Shown here piece by piece: positions 1 to 7,306 of a DNA stretch of 42,283 nucleotides (position 1 is its first letter; each line of letters opens with the position of its first letter). Below the pieces are notes generated by a model, which had not been told where the DNA came from, did no database searches, and saw nothing but the letters and a program-made list of their open reading frames with translations. The position numbers and the translations under genes were made by a program. This stretch comes from Bacteroidia bacterium (GTDB lineage Bacteria > Bacteroidota > Bacteroidia > NS11-12g > UBA955), in assembly GCA_032111345.1 (NCBI GenBank), contig JAULUW010000009.1, positions 14,467-56,749 on the forward strand, given 5' to 3'.

Positions 1-524
1 TAGCCTGCATTAAGGATAAATTCATCACATACAAAGGGCAAAACTCCCCCGGTGTATGTGCTCTCATCGTAAGGATTACAGGTAATTTGCCCATGGTTGA
101 GTGTAATACTATCATATACCCTAACCTTCAATAATTGTAATTTATTCAGACCTGCAAAGCTGCCCCATCCAGCAGAATTATCTGGACTTACAGTAATGTT
201 ACTTCCCGAGGTGCTTACGACTGTACAGCTTTTATGAAAGCCGGTGAATGAACCGTCTTCCATGCAAATTAATAAGCAATAATCACCTGAATTAAACACA
301 CCTGACGTCGACCCAGGCTTAATGCTAAGGTCATAATTTGGGGTATTAGAGCTTACTAAAGTGATTCAAGTTCGGGTATCATCGAACGTAACAATATGGC
401 CGTCAGCAACTACAAAGTTAGTGCTGCTAGTTGGCCAACCCGTCATTTGGGCTTTTGCATCATACCAATAACTTAAAATAAGTATGGTTAAGATAAAATG
501 TTTGATTTTTTCCTGAGATTTCAT
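1..524 (-). pseudogene. 5' part of a secreted-protein gene paralogous to the N-terminal region of ORF 8543..10831. It is interrupted by an in-frame TGA (366..368) and runs off the window start.
   Basis: Minus-strand ATG at 524..522, then a signal-peptide-like MKSQEKIKHFILTILILSYWYDAKAQ and MTGWPTSSTNFVVADGHIVTFDDTRT-TGA-ITLVSSNTPNYDLSIKPGSTSGVFNSGDYCLLICMEDGSFTG...TYTGGVLPFVCDEFILNAG, all in one frame (hand translation). This is collinear with AQLTGWPSTT...GITAVTANVTDYNLTINTGSLSGTFLVDDFCLLISMEDGNLTG...TYTGGVLAFVCDTFVLNAG of ORF 8543..10831. The TGA aligns with a Gly of the paralog. It is absent from the ORF track because of the stop and the window edge. Confidence 0.6.
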
Positions 525-838
525 TGTCTTAATCTTAAATCTTTTTACGATAGCAAAGTAACTTTACAATTAGCTCCAATTCAATACCAAAAACTGTATG
601 TGAATCATGTTTTTTTATGCCGGAAATATCATAAAAATAATCATTAAAACTTGCTAATAACGCTCGAATATCAAGCCCAAAATGGTATTAAGCGAACTGA
701 CAACCCATGGATCAAAAGCCAAAAATGAAAACCACAACAGAACGCTCATAAGGAAAGGTTTATCTAAACTTATCGTGAGGCTCTTTTGGATCCTCAGTTA
801 TTATTCCCTTGTTGAAAAATTTCAATTTCAAATCAGCT

Positions 839-1001
839 ATCTCGCGACTTTAGTGAGTATTTGGCGAGATTGGATCAAGCCACAAGCTATGCGCTTTTTA
901 ATTTCACCACTTTGGCGAGTATTTGGCGAGATAGAGCCAGGGCGCAAACTATACGCTTTTTGAATCTCGCCAATTTGGCGGGTTATAGGCGAGATTATTT
1001 G
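839..1001. repeat. Imperfect tandem repeat, ~62-63 bp unit, about 2.6 copies. Each unit carries an ATCTCGC(C)...(G)GCGAGAT inverted pair.
   Basis: Units start at about 839, 901 and 964. Shared blocks are tttggcgagtatttggcgagat and (a/c)tatgcgcttttt / ctatacgcttttt. The third unit has a perfect 8-bp inverted repeat, ATCTCGCC-16 nt-GGCGAGAT, and overlaps the stop codon (995..997) of ORF 995..2473. Confidence 0.8.
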
Positions 1002-2473
1002 TCATTTAATTCATATTTAGTGCTAGGGCCTGAACCTACTTTTTTCAATAAACCACTATCAGTCCAATCCTTTAGATAACGTTCAGCCGTTCGTGAAGCT
1101 AATCTGGTAAACTCAACAAACTCTGATTTAGATATAGGTCGTTTTTGTCTGAAAATTTCAAAGTTTTTAACATCTTCAGTACTCAAAACATCTATGCTGT
1201 CTTTCCCAATTATCTCTTTAACGGCTTTTGTTGTTCTTGGAAAAGTCAAGGTTAAGAATGGTTCATTGAACGTATATTTTGGAATAGGTAAACCGTGTTC
1301 TTTGTTCAAGGACTTAAACGTTTTCATTCCAAACCCTTTCTCCTCTACATAATTCATCAAGCTAAAGGCATAGGTTATAATATGGTTTCTGCTCAATGAA
1401 GGAGCTTCAAAAGTATTTAGTTCTTCAAGTGTAATAGCTGGTAGCGGTTTGCCCGGACTCGTTACGACAATTTTATCTTCATCAATTTTGATTTCGCATT
1501 TGGCACCTTCAATTTCATAATCTCTGTGAACTAAAGCGTTAACAATAGCTTCTCGTAAAACTTCAATAGGAAAGTCTGGAATGTCTTTTCTTTTGAAACC
1601 ACTAGTGTCCTTCGAAAGTGGTAATACTTTCTTCAACCATTCTTCAATTTTGTCGGGTAAAAGCACCAAGGCCTGATCAAAATCATTCGGCTCAATTTTA
1701 TTACTGCCATAACTTACATGGGCTTTAAGCACTGCATTTTTGAATTTAGCACGTGGGTTTTTACCAAAAAGCAGAATTCCGTAGCCTGTAGGTACAAACA
1801 TCTTCTTTTCTTTGTCCCAATCCATTGCACCAAAATCAGCTAAGTATTCAAGGAAGTTTTCGTCTGTTGGCTTATAATTCAAATTTGCTTCTTTGATGAA
1901 TTTCTGAAGTGCTTCATCCGAAAACTTGCTACTGTCGTAATTTGCAACAGGGAATTCAAAAGTTGTGCGTAAATCTTCTTCTTGGTCGACTTCTATTCTA
2001 CGTTGTAGTGCTTGTTTCAAAAAGACCATATTTTCTTGCTCAATAATTCGTTGAAACTCTCGGTCAAACATTCTGTATTCCACACCGTGTTTTTTCAAGT
2101 GCCTGATGCCATTGCCTTTGGGGTCTTTATCCTCTATGCCAATAAATACTTTTTTAATACGTGCATTAGTCACTCTTCGGCAACAAGGCACTTTGGGTGG
2201 ATTGCGTTCTACACAGGGTTCAAGGGTGGTGTATAATATACAATCTTCTAAATTTTCTTTGGCTAATTTCCTTTCCAATAAAGTAAATTCAGCGTGATCC
2301 CCTTCACGAAGTTCACCCCTGTAGGCTGTTTCTATTCGACCGTCAGGAAAAAGTAAAACGGCACCTACTTTGGGTGGTACTTTACCATCCTCTCTTGGCT
2401 CATTGACGCTTTTATTCATTACATCAATAGCTAATTGCATCAATTTCGTATGCGTAAATTGTTTATTAATCAT
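995..2473 (-). CDS. Fusion protein: N-terminal RibD/CDA-like zinc deaminase domain plus a C-terminal Schlafen/RecG-like HATPase_c_4 module and a winged HTH.
   Basis: 492-aa ORF. Deaminase motifs: DHAEFTLL and TLEPCVERNPPKVPCC (H-A-E ... PC-x9-CC, the RibD-type spacing). C-terminal REAIVNALVHRDYEIEG...VTSPGKPLP...SRNHIITYAFSLMNYVEEKGFGMKTF is the signature of COG2865-type (AlbA_2/HATPase_c_4) proteins. The tail SKSEFVEFTRLASRTAERYLKDWTDSGLLKKVG looks like a wHTH. Confidence 0.7.
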   Translation of the reverse strand: MINKQFTHTKLMQLAIDVMNKSVNEPREDGKVPPKVGAVLLFPDGRIETAYRGELREGDHAEFTLLERKLAKENLEDCILYTTLEPCVERNPPKVPCCRRVTNARIKKVFIGIEDKDPKGNGIRHLKKHGVEYRMFDREFQRIIEQENMVFLKQALQRRIEVDQEEDLRTTFEFPVANYDSSKFSDEALQKFIKEANLNYKPTDENFLEYLADFGAMDWDKEKKMFVPTGYGILLFGKNPRAKFKNAVLKAHVSYGSNKIEPNDFDQALVLLPDKIEEWLKKVLPLSKDTSGFKRKDIPDFPIEVLREAIVNALVHRDYEIEGAKCEIKIDEDKIVVTSPGKPLPAITLEELNTFEAPSLSRNHIITYAFSLMNYVEEKGFGMKTFKSLNKEHGLPIPKYTFNEPFLTLTFPRTTKAVKEIIGKDSIDVLSTEDVKNFEIFRQKRPISKSEFVEFTRLASRTAERYLKDWTDSGLLKKVGSGPSTKYELNDK

Positions 2474-2783
2474 AAATCTACATTTTGAGTTTCATAATGC
2501 CATTTACATCTAAAATACTTACCAGCAGTTGGACCAAAAGGTTAGTGGTGCCAAGTTAATATTTTGTGTTGTATTAGGTAGCATTTTGGTTTGAAAATTT
2601 ATAGAATGCTTCATTGGATTTTATTCCAATGCTTTCGAGTTTCTGTTTTAAGCTTCCCAAAAGAGTGCGTTTTTAATCTTGGAATACGGCTTGGCTTAGC
2701 AGCGAATTTTTAACACAAACTCCAATCGAATGACTTAACTGGAACCTAACACAAAACTGTCGTACAAAGCACCGAACTTGTCA

Positions 2784-4178
2784 TTAAGGCAAACCGCTTT
2801 GATCCGCTTTTTTCTTATTTTCTTTTGACTCCTTGGCTTCTTTTTTGATTTGGTTGATTTCGCTTAATATGTCTTCAAGTCCTTTTGGTTTAGTTTCGAT
2901 ATAAACTAAATCTTCTCCAAAAATCTCCTTATATACGTTTTTAAATTCATCTGTCTTTCTGAATTGTTTGAATAGTGGCCATTCTCTGTATGCATCTTTA
3001 TTCAAATGTTTGTTTGTCGAGCCAATGTTTTTCATTAACGCTATTGATTTCGGATAATCTTCTCTTAATACTGAAATAGCAAGTTTGAATTGGTCGCTTG
3101 TAGCTGACCAATCGTGATTGTCTAAAACACTCGTACAAGCATTTTTATTATCTGCTAAATAATGAGCTAATGCCTTGTTAATTGTAAAAATGCAAAGCAT
3201 TTCTCGGTCTGTGTGTTTTTTAAGTGTTTCAGTCGCAAAAGAAAGTAGATTTAAAGCTAGTCTATGATGTCCTTTTATAAGTAGTGCGTAACAAACATTG
3301 TTTAAATGTGCATCTGCATCTTCAAGTTTATCAGGCAAGAGTTTTCTCCAAACTACTTGTCCAAGTTTCACTCCTATTTCAAACATCACCATATAGCATT
3401 TATTGAAATATTCAGGATTTGCAATAAGTTTCTGTCCGATTTTCACCTTGTCAATATTCTTAACTTCGTTTTCTTTACAAACGTCTATATATTGTCTTGA
3501 AACAACACCGTTGCAATGAACAAAAAGATTTCTCCTTTCTGTTATCTCAATGAAATCACTGAAACTAGGTAAGTCCTTTCTTAAAAGAATATTAAGTTTT
3601 GTTTCGAGCCATTTGAATTGTTTAAGGTGACTTTCTCTTAATACAGATTCAATTTCTTTTTCAATTAAATACTCTCTCGCTTCTTCCAATGAATTGAACT
3701 TTATGAGTTCAGAAAAGAGAATGTTTTTTTCTGAGTTATTGAGCAACTCCGGTTTAGCTTCAAAAATAGTCCTAATTAGTCCGCCTAGGTATGCATCATA
3801 TTGACTGACAAAAGCTACAACAAAATTGATAGGTAGAAGTCTTGTTGCTAAAGCGGTTGTGTCAACCTTATCATTGAGTTCAATAAAACCTTTAAACTTG
3901 TCAGCGGGAATAAGTAGCTTTGAGGCCTCGTTATCTTCTTCTTTTTCTTTATTTTCAACTAGTCCATTTTCCTTAATGTATTTGTTAACGTGTTTAGCTT
4001 CTTGAACAAGTTTTACGTTCAGCAATCCCATAACTAATGGAACAATATCGGCTTGAGCTTCAATATGTTTTATGAATTTATCTAACTCTTTACCGAAGTC
4101 AGGATAAGCAATTACTGTCTGTTGATCTTGATTTGTTATTTTTTCTTCATTCATATTTTTTGTCAATTTGTCGCTCAA
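2784..4178 (-). CDS. HEPN-domain protein (Rx4H motif) with a helical TPR-like C-terminal region; putative RNase or abortive-infection-type effector.
   Basis: 464-aa ORF. ITERRNLFVHCNGVV contains R-x4-H preceded by long helical segments (VSQYDAYLGGLIRTIF...ESVLRESHLKQFKWLE), as in RiboL-PSP/MAE_28990-like HEPN families. The track start at 4178 is TTG; the first ATG is at 4154. A lysine/glutamate-rich tail follows. Confidence 0.55.
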   Translation of the reverse strand: MSDKLTKNMNEEKITNQDQQTVIAYPDFGKELDKFIKHIEAQADIVPLVMGLLNVKLVQEAKHVNKYIKENGLVENKEKEEDNEASKLLIPADKFKGFIELNDKVDTTALATRLLPINFVVAFVSQYDAYLGGLIRTIFEAKPELLNNSEKNILFSELIKFNSLEEAREYLIEKEIESVLRESHLKQFKWLETKLNILLRKDLPSFSDFIEITERRNLFVHCNGVVSRQYIDVCKENEVKNIDKVKIGQKLIANPEYFNKCYMVMFEIGVKLGQVVWRKLLPDKLEDADAHLNNVCYALLIKGHHRLALNLLSFATETLKKHTDREMLCIFTINKALAHYLADNKNACTSVLDNHDWSATSDQFKLAISVLREDYPKSIALMKNIGSTNKHLNKDAYREWPLFKQFRKTDEFKNVYKEIFGEDLVYIETKPKGLEDILSEINQIKKEAKESKENKKKADQSGLP

Positions 4179-4323
4179 AAAGACCGCTAACGTTGTGCGG
4201 CTCTGACTAGTGCTAAGTTAGGGGGCTGCCCTTGTAGGTCAAATGCCAAAGTTTAGTGTTGTTACTCGTTCAAAGTTCTTGACTTATAAAGCATTAGGCA
4301 AAATACTTTTTGGAAGCAGTATT

Positions 4324-5013
4324 TTACACTTTTTTCATTATGCTTTCTGTATTAGTGTTAAGTCGTGCTTCAAATGAATCCCAATTTTTATACAAACTTG
4401 CAGATGCTTTTTTTACGTTAATTCCGTGTTTTTCGGCTAGGATTTTTTTAATAAGCCAAACACTATTATTTATCTTTTGTGTCGTAGGAAATAAGCTACG
4501 ATTAGGAATGAAATGAGTGTCAATAAAGCCACGATTTAGTTGACGCGCTTCATTGAATATGTTTTGAGCCCAATACGATTCTTCAGTATTGTTGTTAGGT
4601 TTAATTTCTTTTGTTCTATAAAGGTTTGACCAATTAGGAAATTCATCTTCCAAGGTGTCAAATAAAATTCCGTGAACAATAGAAAAGTCAAGGTCACTAT
4701 GTTCTCCAATTTTTTTTCCGTAGTTAGGGTACGGGCTGATTGAAAATCCTATTTTGGCACTACCAATAAGCTTAACTTCTGACGGGGAAATATATAATTT
4801 GTCTGCAATGTACTGAGTGATTTGTTCATGTAATATTGGTTTGTCTTTGAACGCAAACGGAATGTTGCTTACTATAAAATATCTAACTAGCGCTTTTTTT
4901 TCTTTATCACCAATGTTGTTATAGTAATATTTAAAGTCAGCAGGAATTGTGTAAGCGCTACTAATTGCAGATGCTGTCAATGATAATGTTATATATTCTC
5001 GAATGTCAGTCAT
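4324..5013 (-). CDS. Pol-beta superfamily (minimal) nucleotidyltransferase-like protein.
   Basis: 229-aa ORF with an ATG start. GSAKIGFS-x17-SDLDFSIV matches the G-S ... D-x-D pattern of Pol-beta-fold NTases (MNT/SMODS-like). The ATG overlaps the stop of the upstream ORF (ATGACTGA). Confidence 0.5.
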   Translation of the reverse strand: MTDIREYITLSLTASAISSAYTIPADFKYYYNNIGDKEKKALVRYFIVSNIPFAFKDKPILHEQITQYIADKLYISPSEVKLIGSAKIGFSISPYPNYGKKIGEHSDLDFSIVHGILFDTLEDEFPNWSNLYRTKEIKPNNNTEESYWAQNIFNEARQLNRGFIDTHFIPNRSLFPTTQKINNSVWLIKKILAEKHGINVKKASASLYKNWDSFEARLNTNTESIMKKV

Positions 5014-5626
5014 GAATTTTAAAATATTTGCGGTTTATGTGGTTATCGTAAAGAGTTATCAAATGTTGTTTTCTGGTTTCTATTTGTCGTAAACGGTTTT
5101 GATCAAAATAATTTGGTTGAGGATATTTTATTCTTGAAATAATTTCAGCCGCTTTCTCAACTGGTAATTCATCTCTTTCTGCAATGCCAAGTTCTGAATA
5201 AGTTTCAGTTAATCCATTCATTCCCGATCCATAATAGGCAACGTTCAAGTAGATTTTTGGTATTGCTTTTTTGGGAACAATGGAAGAAATTGTTGTAGCA
5301 AGAAAAATTTCTTGAATTTTCCTTTTGAATGTTCTGTCAAATTCATTGGTTAAAACACGATCCAATTGTTGTTGAATTGTGCTTGCACCTTCAACTTTAC
5401 CATAAATTATTCGGTTTCTAATGGCTCTAACAATTGCAATAGGATCAAAACCTATATGGTAATAAAATCTGTGGTCTTCACCCGAAATTAAAATTTTGGA
5501 CAAAATAATAGAGTTGTTTGAATCGCTTATTTTTAGCAATTCATATTCCTCAAGAAGTCTGGCCCGAAGTCGGTCATATTTCTTTTCGTAAATTAGTTTG
5601 GCTATATGTCGTAGTATAAAACCCAA
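5006..5626 (-). CDS. GT51 (peptidoglycan glycosyltransferase / MtgA-like) domain protein lacking an N-terminal membrane anchor.
   Basis: 206-aa ORF with GT51 motifs GEDHRFYYHIGFDP (EDxxFxxHxG), GASTIQQQL (GxSTITQQ) and KRKIQEIFLA (RKxxE). The N-terminus MGFILRHIAKLIYEKKYDRLRARLLEEYE has no hydrophobic helix. TTG start; an in-frame TAG lies 11 codons upstream. Confidence 0.65.
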   Translation of the reverse strand: MGFILRHIAKLIYEKKYDRLRARLLEEYELLKISDSNNSIILSKILISGEDHRFYYHIGFDPIAIVRAIRNRIIYGKVEGASTIQQQLDRVLTNEFDRTFKRKIQEIFLATTISSIVPKKAIPKIYLNVAYYGSGMNGLTETYSELGIAERDELPVEKAAEIISRIKYPQPNYFDQNRLRQIETRKQHLITLYDNHINRKYFKIHD

Positions 5627-5887
5627 TGTTAAGTAATGATGTTTTAGAATGGCTGCCTAACTCTTTTAATTAAGAGAAAAAGCACTAATTCTATGTTTGT
5701 AAATATTTGCAAATAAATCATTATTGTAATATTTTTAATTTTCGCAAGGGTAACGGTAAAAAACACATAATAAGTTCTTTAATTGGTTCGACAAAGCCTA
5801 AATTAGGCAGCTCAAATTTAGCTGTACACCAAACGAATAAGTGTTTTTTTCTAGTTATTAGATTCGATACAGTTTTACTCATATACT

Positions 5888-6532
5888 TTAATCTGGGATC
5901 TTATAAATACCATGTTTTATAGCAAAAATTACCATACCCGCCATATTCGATGCATTCGTTTTCTCCATTAGAATGGTTCTGTATTTATTAATAGAATTAG
6001 CAGATAATCCGAGTTTCACAGCAATTTCATTTGCATTTTGCTGTTCACAGATTAATCTAAGTATGGAGATTTCTGTTTCGTTAAAATTTTTTAATTTCAC
6101 AAGCCCTAACTTGTTCTCATCAAATGCCATTTTATAGGCCACCGGGTTATTCAACATGATACTGTTTTTGTAAATAAGGCGAATTGTAGAAGTTAACTCC
6201 TCAGCAGTGCTTTTTTTGAAAAGTACACCATCGGCACCTAATTGCATAATGCGGAGGTTGATAAAATTAGAGGTATGTGCCGAAAAGATGAGGACTTTAA
6301 ATAAGTCTCCAAACTTCTCTCGAATTATTTTTAAGGTTTCAAAACCATCTAATTCTGGCATGTCAATATCGAGTAAAACCAAGTCAGGTACCGTGTGTTC
6401 TAGAAATGTTAAAACTTCAATTCCGTTGCTAAAGGAACCTACAACAACAATATCAGAGCTATTGGTTTCAATGGCGGATTTTATCGATTCGCGCATAAGA
6501 GGATGGTCGTCTGCTATGATTATTTTTATCAT
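5888..6532 (-). CDS. Response regulator, NarL/LuxR family (REC + LuxR-type HTH).
   Basis: MIKIIIADDHPLMRESI...LLDIDMPELDG receiver motifs. The C-terminal ETEISILRLICEQQNANEIAVKLGLSANSINKYRTILMEK is a LuxR HTH. Confidence 0.9.
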   Translation of the reverse strand: MIKIIIADDHPLMRESIKSAIETNSSDIVVVGSFSNGIEVLTFLEHTVPDLVLLDIDMPELDGFETLKIIREKFGDLFKVLIFSAHTSNFINLRIMQLGADGVLFKKSTAEELTSTIRLIYKNSIMLNNPVAYKMAFDENKLGLVKLKNFNETEISILRLICEQQNANEIAVKLGLSANSINKYRTILMEKTNASNMAGMVIFAIKHGIYKIPD

Positions 6533-6535
6533 GAT

Positions 6536-7306
6536 TTAATTATTTAAAGGAATATGAAACTTAAATTCAAAACCATTACCCTTGAGGTTCGAATTTGCAA
6601 CGGCCCCTTTTAACATCTCAATTCTTGCTTTGATGGTATGTGTTCCAAGGCCCTCAATAAAGGAATTTGCATCTATGCCAATACCGTCGTCTGTGTACTT
6701 GAATTCAATTTTTTCTGGGAATGGTTTAATGATTAACTGAACTTTTTGTGCTTTTGCATGCTTTAACGTATTATTGAGTAATTCTTGAAAAATCCGGAAT
6801 AGATTTTTGGTTTCTTCCGGGCCTAATTCTACATAATCATAAAGATATTGAATCTTTAATGATGACGTTTGTTCTATTTGTAAAATTAACTCATGCAAAC
6901 CATCGAATAAACCCAATCGTAACAAAGTTGCCGGATAGAGCATGGTAGATAAATCGGAACATTTTTCGGAAGCCTTATTAATCAGCGTTTCTAATGCTTC
7001 GAAATTATCATTGCCTTTACCCAATAAGGCTGTGTTCGTTTTTAACCGTTGTACTTGCATCCAGGCCAAGGTTAAAACCTGACCTAGATCATCGTGTAGT
7101 AGACTGCCAATTTTTATCCGCTCTTCTTCAATAGCGTTGAGTTGAATTTGATTGATCGTTTTTTGAAAAGCAAGCTCCTTCTTCTCCATATCTAATATGG
7201 TCTTGTTTCTTTCATATGCAGCTTTTAATATGAAAAATCCGCTAATAGTTGTTGTAAGTGCAACTATTACAATGGCAACTATAGCGGTATTAGTTACCGA
7301 TTCCAT
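6536..7306 (-). CDS. Sensor histidine kinase, HisKA_3 (NarX/DesK-like) type.
   Basis: One N-terminal TM segment, H-box LHDDLGQVL, N-box ELLNNTLKHA, G-boxes DDGIGI and GLGTHTI. A 3-nt gap separates it from the response regulator gene. Confidence 0.85.
   Translation of the reverse strand: MESVTNTAIVAIVIVALTTTISGFFILKAAYERNKTILDMEKKELAFQKTINQIQLNAIEEERIKIGSLLHDDLGQVLTLAWMQVQRLKTNTALLGKGNDNFEALETLINKASEKCSDLSTMLYPATLLRLGLFDGLHELILQIEQTSSLKIQYLYDYVELGPEETKNLFRIFQELLNNTLKHAKAQKVQLIIKPFPEKIEFKYTDDGIGIDANSFIEGLGTHTIKARIEMLKGAVANSNLKGNGFEFKFHIPLNN

Noticed and set aside
366-368. In-frame TGA aligned to Gly: could it mean TGA=Gly recoding (genetic code 25) or selenocysteine?
   Set aside because: TGA clearly terminates well-supported genes in this window (for example 20271..20273, 22661..22663, 5006..5008, 36164..36166), and long ORFs are bounded by it. 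For Sec one would expect a Cys-aligned position and a SECIS hairpin, and I see neither. A GGA->TGA nonsense mutation or a sequencing error is simpler.
682-1079. ORFs 682..963 and 861..1079 (+).
   Set aside because: They lie across the tandem repeat, so their repetitive peptide sequences simply mirror the DNA repeat. There are no recognisable motifs, and the second one overlaps the 3' end of the deaminase-fusion gene. Likely non-coding.
4302-4323. Hairpin aatact-n10-agtatt immediately after the NTase stop, as a terminator separating the NTase from the HEPN gene.
   Set aside because: The stem is a 6-bp AT-only stem without a following T-run on the transcribed (minus) strand, which is too weak to call. 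Whether NTase and HEPN are co-transcribed remains open.
4179-5887. Recurring GCCTAA / TTAGGC / GGCTGCC words in the intergenic regions of the minus-strand islet (for example ggctgcctaac at ~5659, gcctaaattaggcagc at ~5797, cgctaac...gttaggggg at 4187..4225, gttaggt on the minus strand near 2750) resemble integron attC core sites (RYYYAAC / GTTRRRY). This suggested a cassette array.
   Set aside because: The sequences between the putative R'' and R' boxes do not form the extended imperfect palindrome (L''/L') of attC sites. Spacing is either too short (~40 bp) or too long (~150 bp) without pairing. No intI gene or attI is visible. A covariance-model attC search (IntegronFinder) would be the decisive test.
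5707-5922. ORF 5707..5922 (+) in the gap between the response regulator gene and the GT51-like gene.
   Set aside because: Low-complexity, AT-driven sequence on the strand opposite all neighbouring genes, overlapping the 3' end of the response regulator gene, with no motifs. More likely it is the promoter region of the GT51/NTase pair.
6580-6600. ggttcgaat, resembling a tRNA T-loop.
   Set aside because: It lies inside the histidine kinase CDS with no flanking acceptor or anticodon stem complementarity. No tRNA-like cloverleaf was found anywhere in the window.
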